Origin: Stegostoma tigrinum
Lineage: Eukaryota
Reading direction: 5' to 3'
Length of the DNA stretch: 64,000 nucleotides
NCBI RefSeq assembly: GCF_030684315.1
Contig: NC_081380.1
Coordinates: forward strand, 29,323,951 to 29,387,950
Shown: positions 1 through 13,451 of the stretch, piece after piece
Numbering within the stretch: position 1 is the stretch's first letter
How the letters are laid out: every line of letters starts with the position of its first letter
Translations under genes and position numbers: made by a program
Notes under the pieces: generated by a model
Databases searched by the model: none
What the model was told of the DNA's origin: nothing
Seen by the model: only the letters and a program-made list of their open reading frames with translations

Positions 1-390
1 AGGTTGGTAGCACATCAGCTTTAGCTTAGAAGGTTACGGATTCAATTCCCAATTCTGATAACAGCATACAAAATCCAAGCTGATATCTCAGTGCAGTACA
101 AAGACTGTAACATACTGTCAGAGATGCCATATTTCAAATAAGATACTTAACCAAGGCTCTATATACCCCACAGTTGGGCACAACCAACCCTGTCGCACTA
201 TTCCAAAGGCAATGCAACTCAGCTCCAAGTGTTAGTGAATGCTTGTCCATTAGCCAACATAAAAAAGGCAGATTATCTGGGTAGGATTATATTACATTTT
301 ATGAGATATTCCTATGTACAAATTAGTTGATCTATTACTTACACTAAAAAGCAACTACAGGTCAAAAGCATTTCCTTAGTGAAATCATGC
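1..390 (+). mobile_element. Degenerate Deu-domain SINE (SacSINE1/AmnSINE1-like)
   Basis: tRNA-like head (ggttacggattcaattccc), then Deu-like blocks ctgtcagagatgccatatttcaaataagatacttaaccaagg and aaaggcagattatctggg; recognised from memory of the family consensus. Confidence 0.6.
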
Positions 391-394
391 CCAG

Positions 395-710
395 TGGGGG
401 GAGTGGCGTTGGCATAACGTTACTGCCATTGGACTAGCAATCCAGAGCCATAAGGTCTGTGGGCATGGGTTCAAACCCTACCATGGGATTTGCTGAAATT
501 TGAATTCATTAAAAAGCTGGTACAAAAAGCTAACATTATGTCACCTGTCAACTGTTGTAAAACCTACCTGGTTCACTAATGTCCTTCATGGAAGGAAATC
601 CTCTGTCCTACCTGAACCAACTTGTGACTCCAGATTCAAGCTCCCTCTGGGCAATTAAGGGTGAGCAATAAGATTTGGGCAATAAATATATATGAATGAA
701 TTTAAAAAAA
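395..710 (+). mobile_element. tRNA-derived SINE with conserved core and LINE-derived tail
   Basis: B-box-like gggttcaaaccc; core ctggttcactaatgtccttcatggaaggaaatc; tail ggcaattaaggg...ggcaataaa; related copies at 44565-45127(-) and 61958-62490. Confidence 0.65.
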
Positions 711-1106
711 GTTCAGACAGGTGCAGTATAAATCCTTCTAAAGTTATTATTAAGAGCTACACATTTTAAGTGCTTGATAAGTATATTTCGATACATAAAT
801 TTGCTCCCGTGATTGCATGACAGTTTGATATTTTATAAATAAGAAGAGAACTACACATGTATTTGTCATCATCAAATCTTGTAAGTATCCACCAACAAAA
901 TAAAAGACAGCTTTTGACAACCATTTTGCTCTTTGGGAAGGTAATGTGTTGCTATGTACTTTCATCATAATAAATGCACGTGTAATTTGTATTATCACAT
1001 TCACACTTGAAGCAAAGAGTCTGGCCACCTTTTACACGAAAGCAGTATCTTGTCTTTTCAGAAATTCAAGTAAGTGGCTTTTTATAAGAGCTACAACCTG
1101 TGACAA

Positions 1107-1168
1107 AGATAGCAGGAACTGCAGATGCTGGAGAATTTGAGATAACAAGGTGTAGAGCTAGACGAACA
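1107..1168 (-). mobile_element. Penelope-like element 3' terminal fragment
   Basis: ggaactgcagatgctggagaatttgagataacaaggtgtagagct matches the termini at 4708, 9928 and 51812. Confidence 0.8.
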
Positions 1169-2517
1169 AATGTGCTTTTTGCCCAAAGTGCACTACTGAC
1201 CTGCAAAATCAAAATACAACAAATATAAAGTTGAAGCGGTTTGTTGTGATCAATTTTCTCCTTCAAAAATCATTATTATCTGTTCAATCTTGCACACTAA
1301 CCCTACTCTGAATATTTAAACACTGGTCATTGTTTTACTTCCTATTATTCCAAATGTTCCATAACTGCATGGTCTCATAAGGTTTGTGTCCAGCATCCTC
1401 AACTCATAGTGACTGCCAGCTTGATAAGTCACCAGTATATTGGATGACTCCCCCCCCCCAACCCCCAATTTTTTCAGGCTCCTATTGAACCTTTGCCATT
1501 GGCAGCTGCAATAAGATAAACACTTTTATGGGCATTGCATGTTCCTATGGCCTTTATAACAAATCAAGGGGAAAACTCAATTTGACACTCTAGTCTAGCT
1601 CAAACAAGAAAATATTCTAATCTCTCTAATTAACAATGTAATGTGACATTTTCACACAATTGCACGACGTGGTTTATGTTAACAATTAATGTTCAGTTAT
1701 CTTATAACTCAAGTGACATGCAATTTATTATTTTCAAAAAGAAATATCGAGATCAGAAAAAATCCCACAACGCAAGATATAAACATGTAGTTGTGATAAA
1801 TCCAACTGACGTCAGACTTAGAAATAACTGCAGTGATCCCAGCTGGTGATGGTATTGAACAGGTTAGATCCCAGAATGTAACTTGACTTGATGAACCTTG
1901 AATTTTATCTTTGTAATTTGGTTACCCTGCTGATCAGTCACTGAGCATATTAACAAAAGGCTGCCAATGCATGTTAACAAAAAGTACAACCAAATTTGTT
2001 ATGCTAAATTAAAAGAAACAAATAATTATACAATAGACAAAAAGCAGTTGAGATGATTTTATTACAAATATTAAAACTAAAGATTCAACCTTTCACTTTC
2101 AATAATGACTCAAGATACTCACAACTCTGAGTTTTAAAGTTCTTCGTTCAGTTGCCAGGCAGTACCAGATGTCTTTTTGGCACATTTCTGTATTCACTTG
2201 ATGTTAGCTTCTTTCGAATAATATGCCCCGAGACCCTGGAACAGACTGCAAACACAGCTCAACAAGGACTTAACATGGATTCCTTGAAGTTCTCTTCTAC
2301 AGCCTTCTGTTTATTCCATTTTCCTTTATTGTGATTCATTTGTCCTGGAAAATGATAAACTGTATTGCTGCTCTTTAAGAACTTTTCTCCTTGAATGGCC
2401 TGCTTCTGTTTGAAGCCTGAGCACTCAATAGACTTTTGGATGGCTCTCTTTTTTCCAAAGGGAAAATGAATCTCTCTCTATGCCCAGACATTCCTTTCTT
2501 CCACATTTGTTTTTCTA

Positions 2518-2890
2518 AAGCACAGAATTGTTATGGTGCTGAAAGTGGCCACTCACACCTGCACCAGCTCATTAAATGACCATCATTGTCTAGTGCCAAT
2601 CTCTTGCTTTTTCCATGTTTCTTTGTGCATTATTTTAATCCAAAAAAAAAGTATCCAAAGCCCTCTTGAATGCCTCAATTGAACCTTCCATTCATGATGC
2701 ATTCAGACTCTAATCTCTGTGTGAATTTTTGTTCTCACTTCACCTTTTCTTCTTTTGCAGATCATGTCCTCTTCCTCTTGTTCCTTTTAGGAGCAAGAAC
2801 ACTGTTCATGTCTACTCTAACGAACCCATTCATGGTTTTGAAAACCTCCATCAGATCTCCTCTTAGCCTCTCCACAGAGAACTGTTCTAT
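2518..2890 (-). mobile_element. Old CR1 LINE 3' fragment
   Basis: aaaacctccatcagatctcctcttagcct is the reverse of the RLRGDLMEVF motif seen in other CR1 copies here. Confidence 0.55.
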
Positions 2891-3387
2891 TCACCTCAAG
2901 GCTTATATTTTCAAGGCCCCATTTAAATGTTACACATTTCCAGACATCCATCACAGAATTCAGAAATGAAATCATGTCCTTCCCCTCTTAATCCACACAA
3001 TACAGAAATACAAATAAAAAAACTTAAAGCTAATCATTGTTCTGTCCATGTTAGGATTCGTTTCAAAATAACAATAATAATAATATCATAAACCATGTAC
3101 ATATCATGTACACAACAGACATTAACCAAAAATAAAAAATATGATTATTATTTCCAATGAAGCAAAAATATTATTCCTACTTTTGGAGCTTTAAACGATA
3201 ATCCTATGGTTCAATGTGAATTTGCTCTAATTCCCACAGCATTTCACGTTTCACCTAAATACCTTTTTTTTTTAAAATGGCGAATCTGACCCGGTGTTTG
3301 TAATATTTATCAATTGATCATCCAACCATTCTTACTGCATCGGCATAGTGAGAAGACTTCTAGGTTAAATATTTTAGGGCAGACTTT

Positions 3388-3615
3388 CATAGAACATAGA
3401 ATAATACAGTGCAGAACAGGCCCTTCGGCCCTCAATGTTGCACCAACCTGTGAACTAATCTAAGCCCATCCCCCTACACTATCCCATCATCATCCATGTG
3501 CTTATCCAAGGACTGTTTAAATGCCCCTAATGTGGCTGAGTTAACTACATTGGCAGGCAGGGCATTCCATGTCCTTACCACTCTCTGAGTAAAGAACATG
3601 CCTCTGACATCGGTC
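3388..3615 (-). mobile_element. CR1 LINE 3' end (5'-truncated)
   Basis: ORF2 C-terminus TDVRGMFFTQRVVRTWNALP...LDKHM; 3' tail repeat catagaacataga. Confidence 0.9.
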
Positions 3616-4707
3616 TTTCTTTTATTGCTGTTGGTATAGGGAATCGTCAGCGGCAGCCAAAAGTCAAAAGGATACAATGGATCTCGGTAAATTTCTGCCC
3701 ATTTAAAATAACGCATTAAAAATCAAGTGCTATCATATAAGTCTTATTGTCCCCTTATTGTTACCTGCAGTAAACCAGTGGAATACCGAGCCAAGTTTGA
3801 ATATGATTCAAAGCACAGTGATGGACATTAGATTGCTATCTTGTCATTTGGAAGTAAAATAAATAACACTAAGCTTAATATCTTGACTTACATTATGCAT
3901 CTTTATTTGTTTTAATTGAAAATATTCATGAGCTCTGCAGAAAAGAGATTTCAGTCACTTTTAGAGGGGGGAGGAATTAAAAGGTTATAAAAGGTGCTGG
4001 GAGATTTTACAAATCTGTATATTCTAGGCTTTTCAATCCATTAATATAGTGTTGATATAATTATGGAGAACAATCTCACAACTTCCAATACACATGATGA
4101 TCAAGCAGCGTGCCTACTAAAAAGACAATCACAGAAAATTATTCTCATTGTGGCTACGTTTCCCCTAATATCAAGCACGTAATAAAATAAGAAAAGCTTT
4201 TGCTCTTGTGAAAGAAGAGCTGCTGTTGAAACTCAGAAGAAAAATATCCCTTCAGAGCACTCTTAATCAATCTAACAGGCTCATGTGGGAATCTTCATTA
4301 TTCAGACACTCACAAGGAAATGTTTGGAAAATGGGATATAGGCCTAGAAATTGATCCAGGTGGCTGCAATATGACAGGCAGGAAGTCTATGAGCATTTCC
4401 ATCCAGAAATGTGCAGCCTAAGGACAACAGGCCTCCTTTATCAAGTCTAAAGTAGTTTTTAAGGCCCTTTGCATATGCAGTATATAGGGCATAATGTCCC
4501 TTTAAGGTCCCTCCTCTAGAAATTGATTCCCAACCACCCTGGACAACCACCCCTCATGCAATCTCTAGTCTTGGAGGCCTGGATCCATTTCACTTAAACT
4601 GAGCAGCCAGATGTCACACTGCTTCACAGCAGTACGCTGTAAGATCACACCCAGACCAATGCTCAAAATACACAGACATGACGACAGATGGGGGGGGGGG
4701 GGGGGGG

Positions 4708-4939
4708 TAATAGGAACTGCCGATGCTGGAGAATCTGAGACAACAAGGTGTAGAGCTGGATGAACACAGCAGGCCAAGCAGCATCAGAGGAGCAGGAAAG
4801 CTGACATTTTGGGTCTGGACCCTTCTTCAGAAATCTGAAGGAACCTGAAGAAGGGTCCGGACCCGAAACATTAGCTTTCCTAGTCCTCTGATGCTGCTTG
4901 GCCTGCTGTGTTCATCCAGCTCTACACCTTGTTATCTCA
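4708..4939. mobile_element. Fold-back PLE-terminus mini-element with inverted HHR motifs
   Basis: Arms 4737-4830 and 4845-4939 are reverse complements; flanks atgacgacagatgg (4678) / ataatgacagatgg (4939) form a degenerate 14-bp TSD. Confidence 0.85.
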
Positions 4940-7337
4940 TAATGACAGATGGATTTGCTTCCAAAATGCCTAGGAAAATTCAAAGACCAACCAGAGAATA
5001 CTTGTTCCCATAAGTAAAATTGATTGAATTTGCAAAGAGCTATTCCTCCAATTAATGGCTTTTTCGATGTTGAATCTGATGTTGATAAACTGACTGAGCT
5101 GGGATTGGGGAAGACATTTTCCAGGTGGGGGATCAGGACTGTGTTGTGGAGGGAAAGCCTTTTCCAGTGGCCATATTTAGTGGGTGGGGGTTGGGTGTAA
5201 CTTATTGTTAGGTGTCCTTTGATAAAGGAGATAGGAAGGGTGCTGTGAAAGGGGGGGTGGGTCTACCAGTGCCAAGGAAGGAATTGTCTGCGGGGGCCAG
5301 GCAGGCCATCTGCTGGAGTGTCCACTGAGGCTAGGAAGGCTATTTGCCTGTGCTTGGTGCGCGTGTGGGGGAAGTGAACAAGGTGACTCCAAGGGAGGTG
5401 GTGGGAGGAGAAAGCTGTCAGAGAAGAAAACTACAAAAGAGGGGATAGTGAGGCCACAGAGGAAGGAGCACAGTTTTAAAGTGAATAAAAGAACATACAG
5501 TTATCTCTGAGTCATGAAAACTTGAATTCATTGTGGAATCTCTCACTTAAGGCTACATATATTCAAGAACATCTATCTGGGGGAAACACTGTCATTTTTA
5601 GACAACTGTGTCAATCGCAATGCTTAAAGCTGAGATTGAGATTGGAATATTTAGGATAGTTGATAACTGCCTGAAGATCTTCCTGCTTTGTGTATACAAA
5701 ATCAAAGTGCATCATGCTATGACCTCATCAGTCTGGAATGTGTGATGGTTTTTTGTGTGTAAAAGTGCATGTCAGTTATTTATTTTTGCTAACTTTTTAA
5801 TTCCTGCTATTTGCAGCTACTTTAAATTCTGTGATGCCAACTAAATGAACACTTGCTTATATGTGACTTTTAAATTTAATGAAAGGTTGATAATTGAGGA
5901 TGTTGATGAATTCTTTCAGTTCTGCAAATGCAATTCCAAAATATTATTGCACTGTCACCTAATAACTAAGTGAGAATGACAAATGAGTTCTTGGAGATCA
6001 AGAAGTAACCTCTTAAGAAAATCTCATAAGAGGCCTTGAAAGAAAAAGTTGACCCTAGCAACAGGCCCAACATCTGAAGGCCCTCAGACTTCACTTTTAG
6101 CTACAGAAAATGAATACTGCACCATTTGCAAATTGGTCTATCTGAATTTCAGGTCCATAATGTCGGTGGTACTTTCCCAGACATAATACATTATGACAAT
6201 CTGTCACTGATTGAGGCCTGTGTTTAATTTAACTTAAACTGAAGTAATAAAATTTCACTTTGCCCCAAATCTTGATGAAAGCTCATAAAAATCAATGAAG
6301 CCCCTAACAATGTTACTTTTGTAGGATTATACCTTAATGAAATAAATCAACCTGTATGCCACATAAGGAGATTTGAATGACTATGAATAGAAAATGGACA
6401 TTCCATTGATTTATTAAGATATATAGTTGCTGGATTTTATGATCAAATATTTAGTCCTTCATTGATGCATGAAATCCACTAAAATAAAAACCCTCAGCAA
6501 ATTATTGTACATGTAAATACCATTCCCATCCACATTGAATAGCACTTAGTTTAACCCATCCAGCTAAGAAGACTGAAATTTCCTCTATGTTCTAATTTTT
6601 GAGTGATTCGTCCAGGGCAGAACGTGCATTCTCTCTACCCTTACCTTACACCCCATAACTGGGAGGTTAGGATTGTTTAATTTATCTATTGAGAAATGCA
6701 GATACAGAGGCCGTTTATGTTGGCTCGACAGAAAATTGAATGAGATATTGTGAAGGGAAGCTTGAGATGTCTTTTTTCCCCAAATTATATCATTTCCATT
6801 CTGAGTCAAAGAAACCACTGAAATTTCTTATATCTGTACCTGGGCATGCTGGATAGCATAAAGGCACCTGTCCAAGGAAATTAAAAAGGAAACTTGCTGC
6901 AATAGTCAATTGATACAGGTCTCATATTATAGCATGTCTAACATATTTGAAGAAATACATTATGGTCCTAATTACCTTCTAGTAAAAATGCAAGCAGCCC
7001 TACAAATCAGTCCCTCCAATAATCAGCATTCCTTTCTTTTTGGCATTATGTAAATTTTCTTCCAATTCCCTGACCATCTCTTCGGCTCTCAAGACTCTAG
7101 CCCCAACCTTACCACTCTTCAACTTCCTTTCCCCTTTTAAAAGCTAGCATAAACTTCACCACTTTTGAGAAACCTTTTACCACCTTTCCTAATACAATCT
7201 CCCTTGGCTTTGTGCCTGTTTCTTTATTTTGCAGTATCAGGCTTTAAGCATCATTAACATCATTACCTGCAGTAGGGACCGTCAAGTAAGTTTAATGGGA
7301 ATGTGAAGAAGAAAGCAATTGGCAGACTATTTTGACT

Positions 7338-7518
7338 GAAAGCTACAAATGCTGGAGATTACAATGGGTCAGGCAGCATCCATGGAGAGACAGCACACCA
7401 ACTTTTTGAGCCTAGGTGAATTTAAGCTTGCTCTCTCTCCATGGATGCTGCCCGGCCCGCTGTGGTCTCCAGTATTTGTTGGTTTCAGTACAGAGTCCAG
7501 CATTTGCAGCAATTTTCC
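7338..7518. mobile_element. Older fold-back PLE-terminus mini-element
   Basis: ggcagcatccatggagaga ... tctctccatggatgctgcc inverted arms; tail tccagcatttgcagc. Confidence 0.65.
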
Positions 7519-8043
7519 AGACTTTTTTTTTTCTTTTTGGGATTGACAGACCTCATGATGCCATTACTACCATTGTGCTGCTCTTATTCAGCACTCTTAC
7601 ATTCAAAGGATTGTTCTTTGTTCAACAGTTTTCCAAATTTCCTTCTAGTCATGCCTTTTCTGTGGTTAAATTTCAGACCTTTAGCTTTTTACTCCCTCAC
7701 TATCCTAAATACGCATCCCTTCATTTTAAAAAAAAATTACATCGCTGTATTTCTGCACAGATATATCATCTAAAATCTACCCAATGAACAATTTGTTGGT
7801 CACTGAATCCAATGTTTTCTCAGTAACAGGTGGAACAGTCCTGTCTCATTTTTCCTTCTTCTGAACTCCATTGGCTTTTCTTTTAGCCCTGACAAGGTTA
7901 ACAAATGAAATATTAACTGGCACTTTCTCTCAATAAATGCCATAATACATGTCCAATATTTTCTCCTATTTGAAAGCATTACTTACAGATCTGTGTGTAA
8001 GTAGGGTTGGGAAATAAGAAGTGTGAAAAAAAACTCAATACAA

Positions 8044-8250
8044 TAAAAACCAGAATATTGTGGATACTGGAGATCTAAAATAAGAGCAAAGTGCTGGAAA
8101 AACCCTGTAGATCTGGCAGCATCGGCAGGCAGAGAAACAGAGTTAACATTCTGAGTCCAATATACCTTTCTTTTGGCTCAAAACATTACCCCTCTTCCTC
8201 TTTCTACAGATTTACTAGCCCTGGGCTTCACCAGCACTTTACTGCTTGTT
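8044..8250. mobile_element. Degenerate fold-back PLE-terminus mini-element
   Basis: aaagtgctggaaaaaccc...ccagcacttt inverted ends; aacattctgagtc / ctcaaaacatt core relics. Confidence 0.5.
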
Positions 8251-8376
8251 CAAAATACCGAACTCTGAAGCATGTTACTGCAAAGCAACAATACACAACT
8301 AAACTTCATTTTTTTGCACTGTAACTTACAGGGAATCATTGTGGGGAGAAGGTAGGTACACTATGGATTATTATTG

Positions 8377-9803
8377 TATTATGGTCAAATCCTGGGTGAG
8401 GTTCCCCAATTCATGTTGGCTCCAGACCAAATACGATTGAGTCCTGGGCGAAAGATAACTGGCCCCATTTCTTTATTCACCCATTACCTCAGTTAGTTGT
8501 AGCAGTTTGTTTAGGGCCTTCCCTTGTAGATACCTTTTGCCCAGATACAAATGAACTTCCATTTTAAATGGCACAAATTTAAACCAGGTTTTCTTCATAC
8601 AATCCTAGAGCTGTACAGCCTGGAAACAGACCCTTTGGTCCAACTCATCCATACCAGCCGGATATCTCAAATTAATATCATCCTATTTGTCAGCTCTTGG
8701 CTCATATCCCTCTAAATCTTTCTTATTTATATACCTATCCAATTGCTTTTTTAATGTTGTAATTCTACCAGCCTCCACCTCTTCCTCTGGCAGCTCATTC
8801 ATACATGCACCACCCTGTGTAAGAAGAAGTTACCCCTCAGGTCCTTTTTAAATCTTTCCCCTCTCACCTTAAACTGATGACCTCCAGTTTTGGGCTCCCC
8901 TACCCTGGGGAAAATACCTTCACTATTCACTCTATTATTGCCTCTCGCCATTTTATAAACTTCCATAAGGTCACCCCTCAAACTCTGATAGTCCAATTCA
9001 CAAATGAAGTTTATTAATGACTAAACAAAAGAATTATTAATGCAATACACATAAAACATAGATTAGAAATAAATGAGTTCAAAAAGATAAAAATTTCTAG
9101 AAAATATATATGGATTGACTTCTAAATTGTTTACAAAGAGTAGATAGTTAAGTATTGTGGCCATTGCAATGGAGACTACCACTAACATAGATATTAGTAG
9201 GTGAACAGTCAGTTTCACAGTCCTTAGTTCTACAGGTTAGCTGAGGTTCTGTACTCCTGATTCCTTTTGACCTCGACTGAATTTCAGCATTCAGGTGAAA
9301 GTGAAAGTCATTTGTTTTCCTATTTGTGCTGAAGTCGTTTGCAGCACTCAAGAGTGAGAGAAGGTCTTTATCTTTAAGGGTGGCTAGGGAATAATGCTTT
9401 GACTGTGACCTTCACAGCATGCTAAAACTCAGCCCCAGGCTGGAGCACACAAGAGCATTCAGCTCCACTTGTCCACTTCAGTCAAGTTGAAACTGACTTT
9501 TTAAACTCCTGTCTTTGTTTTATCCTCCAGGAATAAACAAACAAAGAAGAGCCTTTTTTTGCTGAAGGGGGAAAGATAGTTATCACTTTGAAGTTTTTTT
9601 TCCCTGTTTGACATTTGCTAACAACTTTAAAGTTCAACTTTCTTTTGGATTTCCGCATACCTTTGCCAGACAGTAACTGAATTTAAATCCAGGGCTTTTC
9701 CTGCAGTGGTTTGCCTTTTTGAAAAAAAATTACATTTTGGAATTGAAGGTTTTTTAAAAAAAAATGAGTCAATAATTCAGGGTTCTGATCCATCATCTTA
9801 GCA
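8377..9803 (-). mobile_element. Putative solo LTR interrupted by CR1
   Basis: Left end tattatggtc resembles the reverse complement of the LTR end ccataaca (36319); right end ...cttagca; possible 4-bp TSD attg/actg. Confidence 0.35.
8596..8995 (-). mobile_element. CR1 LINE 3' fragment
   Basis: ORF LRGDLMEVYKM...LRGNFFLHRVVHV. Confidence 0.9.
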
Positions 9804-10023
9804 ACTGAAATATGATGATCTGTCCCAGGTATATTGTCGGAATCTATTGGCTCCAAGTGGCTGGAGTGTGTTGCAGAATGATGCCAATAGCATGGGTTAC
9901 ACCACACTCTAGCCAACTAAGTCAACAGAGATAAGGGGAACTGCAGATGCTGGAGAATCCAAGATAACAAATTGTGGGGCTGGATGAACACAGCAGGCCC
10001 AGCAGCATCTCAGGAGCACAAAA

Positions 10024-10054
10024 GCTGACGTTTCGGGCCTAGACCCTTCATCAG
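10024..10054 (-). ncRNA. Minimal type-I hammerhead ribozyme motif (intact core)
   Basis: CUGAUGA-A-GGGU(CUAG)GCCC-GAAA-CG-UC-AGC. Confidence 0.7.
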
Positions 10055-10270
10055 AAAAGGGGGATGGGGAGAGGATTCTGAAATAAATAGGGAGAGAGGA
10101 GGAGGCAGACTGAAGGTGGATAGAGGAGAAGATAGGTGGAGAGGAGAGTATGGGTGGGGAGGTAGGGAGGGAATAGGTCAGAACGGGGAGGACGGACAGG
10201 TCAAGAGGGCGGGATGAGGTCAGTAGGTAGGAAATGGAGGTGCAGCTTGAGGTGGGAGGACAGGATAGGT

Positions 10271-10459
10271 GGGAGGAAGAACAGGTTAGGCGGGAGGAAG
10301 AACAGGTTAGGCGGGAGGAAGAACAGGTTAGGCGGGAGGAAGAACAGGTTAGGCGGGAGGAAGAACAGGTTAGGCGGGAGGAAGAACAGGTTAGGCGGGA
10401 GGAAGAACAGGTTAGGCGGGAGGAAGAACAGGTTAGGCGGGAGGAAGAACAGGTTAGGC
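10271..10459. repeat. 9 perfect copies of a 21-bp unit (gggaggaagaacaggttaggc)
   Basis: Directly visible; translates as (GGRKNRL)9. Confidence 0.97.
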
Positions 10460-11603
10460 AGGCGGGGACGAGCTGGGCTGGTTTTGGGATGCAGTGGGGG
10501 GAGGGGAGATTTTGAAGCTGGTGAAATTCACATTGATACCATTGGGCTGCAGGGTTCCCAAGTGGAATATGAGTTGCTGTTCCTGCAACTGACAGGCGGC
10601 ATCATTGTGGCACTGCAGGAGGCCCGGGTTGGACATGTCGTCTAAGGAATGGGAGGGGGAGTTAAAATGGTTCACGACTGGGAGGTGCCATCGTTTACTG
10701 TGAACCGAGTGTAAGTGTTCTCCAAAGTGGTCCCCAAGCCTCCGCTTGGTTTCCCCAATGTAGAGGACGCCACACTGTGTACAACAGATGCAGTATACTA
10801 CATTGGCAGATGTGCAGGTGAACATCTGCTTGATGTGGAAAGTCATCTTAGGGCCTGGGATGGGGGTGAGAGAGGAGGTGTGGGGGTACATGTAGCACTT
10901 CCTGCGGTTGCAGGGGAAGGTGCCGGGTGTGGTGGGGTTGGAGGGCAGTGTGGAGCGGACAAGGGAGTCACGGAGAGAATGGTCTCTCCGGAAGGCAGAC
11001 AAGGGTGGGGATGGAAAAATGGCTTGGGTGGTGAGGTCGGATTGTAGATGGCGGAAGTGTCGGAGGATGATGCTTTGTATCCGGAGGTTGGTGGGGTGGT
11101 ATGTGAGGACAAGGGGGATTCTGTTTTGGCAGTTATTGCGAGGGCGGGGTGTGAAGGAGGAGATGCGGGAAATGCGGGAGACACGGTCGAGGGCATTCCC
11201 GACCACTGCAAGGGGTAAGTTGCGGCCCTTGAAGAACGAGAACATCTGGGATGTGTGCGAGTGGAATCCCTCATCCTGGGAGCAGATGCGGCTGAGGCGA
11301 AGGAATTGGGAATAGGGGATGGGATATTTGCAGGAGGGTGGGTGGGAGGAGGTGTATTCCAGGAAGCTGTGGGAGTCAGTGGGCTTGAAATGGACATCGG
11401 TTTGTTGGTGGTTGCCTGAGATGGAGACAGAAAGGTCCAGGAAGGTGAGGGATGTGTTGGAGATGGTCCAGGTGAACTTGAGGTTGGGGTGGAAGGTGTT
11501 GGTGACATGGATGAACTGTTCGAACTCCTCTTGGGAGCATGAGACGGCGCCGATACACTCATCAATGTAACGGAGGAAGAGGTGGGGTTTTGGGCCAGCG
11601 TAG
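10454..11603 (-). pseudogene. PLE RT/GIY-YIG polyprotein fragment (~380 codons, no internal stop, no N-terminus)
   Basis: The 263-aa ORF extends upstream in frame by hand translation (TYAGPKPHLFLRYIDECIG...); the catalytic YIDD reads YIDE. Confidence 0.85.
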
Positions 11604-13170
11604 GTGCCAGCATTTCCCTCAATTCACTCCTATACCTGCTGTAATAGTTCAATGAGGACTGCCTCCTGGCTGTGCTCCATGTTTGGTGTTCCACAAGCTA
11701 TATAACAGTTTACTTCCCTCTCATAGAGAGGGTGGCATCTATAGTTCCTCATGATCTGTTGTGATTTACCTAAGATTAAAAATGCTCCCCATCCTTAAAA
11801 AGGGCAGACTAGTTTGCAGATACACATTCACCTGCAATACTGAATTTTAGCAAAGCAAACCTGTCTAAAAATGTTTTCTTCCACCTCTCACATGCTCCAT
11901 TGCTGTTATTTAAGTGAAAGCAAGTGGTCTCATTTTTTTTTGTCCAGGCCTAAGTTCAATTGACAGAAAACATAGCTGGGATCCAGATCCTGTACCAGAA
12001 AAGTGACTAGGATATTACTGAGAAGTCAATGTAAAATTTTCAATATTTATTATCCAATAAGACTTGATTAACATGCAAAATATAACTGATCATTCCTCAT
12101 AACTTTAGTCATTGCAATATCACAACAGTAAAATATTCACTTTCATGCAGCATTTCCCATGATAGCTACTACTCGTTAACTGAGCTCTCATTCATAGTAA
12201 ATTCATAGATTATGTTCTGAGTTTCCAATGTGTTTCAGTATGCAATTGCTCTAGGACCACGATTAACACATTCCCATTCAAGTGAAAGCAAGCTGATGAT
12301 CACAAGCATGCTCAAGATAACATATTGGTATTTTACTACATCTCAAAAAAATTGTATAATTAGTCATCTGTGCCTATGAAATCTATTACTATGGGAGGTG
12401 TGGACTTCAACTTATTGATACTGTAGCACAGATATTTGAAACCAAGAGGTGAAGTAGGATAGGAACAATATTCATGATATTTCACCTTGTGGAAAAGTAT
12501 TTGCAGAAACTGAAAACCTGCAAAAACTAAAAATCAAACAGAAAACCAAACAATTGCAGTGGACATTCCTAACCTGAGGTCTTTGCTTGCATTATACAAC
12601 CTGCTCTCTGCTGCCAGTTTGGATCATCATAAAATTTCATTGGTGTTTAACATGAAGTCAAAGAAACAGTGGAGCAGAGGCACAGCTGAAGCTAGCCAAA
12701 CAAAACAGAAATATTTTTCTGGACACCTCCACAGGCAGAAACTGCCCAGTCATCCTTCACAGGCCAGTGATCAGGCACCTCCTGTCACACTGGATGAAGT
12801 ACAGTGGGTAGCTGGGTCTTGTTAAGAAGGGTCACTTCAACCTTGAAAAGCTCCAACTCAAACACTGTCCTTCTCAGTACTCCCACTCAATGAACAGACG
12901 ATTAGATTCAAACAAACGTAATCATACCAACATGTACAGAAATATACAACAGGGATAAATAATTGTTTGCACTTTAGCTGCTGTTTTCAGTGTCTTGTTG
13001 TCATCTTGAAGAATACTTAGTCAGAAGCAAATTAAAAAGTCAATGAGAGTTGAAATGCAACACGGGGTAATGTTGGATGGGATGCATATTATAGTTTGGG
13101 GCTCCTGATGCTCTTTTTAAGTCAGAAGTCACACAGCACCAGGTCATAGTCCAACAAGTTTATGTGAAAT

Positions 13171-13206
13171 CATAAGCTTTCGAAGCATAGCCCCTTCGTC
13201 AGGTGA
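13171..13206 (-). ncRNA. Minimal hammerhead motif of PLE family 2
   Basis: cac-CUGACGA-A-GGGGC(UAU)GCUUC-GAAA-GC-UU-aug; palindromic AAGCUU stem III. Confidence 0.6.
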
Positions 13207-13451
13207 AGTGAGAAAAAACCACACAGAACACAGAATTTATTGGTAAATACATCAAAAGATCATACAAATGGTGTGACTGAAGTGTCAACAGGCCAAATAT
13301 TAAGTCCCTGCAGGTGTTCCAAACTGTTCGACAGTGTGAGTAAAGTATCAACAGCTGAATAACAAGTGAACGGATGACCTATAATTTGATTAAATGAGGC
13401 AGAGAGACAATTGCAAAAAAATTAAAAATGTGCTGGAGACAAACTAGATGA

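Larger units (their letters stand above)
9928..11608 (-). mobile_element. 5'-truncated Penelope-like element, family 1 (RT C-terminal half + GIY-YIG endonuclease + 3' terminus with HHR)
   Basis: Open frame ~11603 to 10454: RYIDECIG (RT YxDD-like), FLDLSV, CNRRKC linker, NVVYCICC...LYIGETKRRL...EH (GIY-YIG), LGTLQPNGIN. Confidence 0.95.

Noticed and set aside
10271-10459. CRISPR-like array
   Set aside because: Head-to-tail repeats without spacers, in eukaryotic DNA with no cas genes
10214-10645. ORFs with (GGRKNRL)n / (RREEEQV)n repeats
   Set aside because: Antisense translation of the 21-bp tandem repeat inside a PLE; not a gene
10843-11694. 283-aa Pro/Ser/Thr-rich ORF
   Set aside because: Alternative frame of the C-rich PLE coding strand
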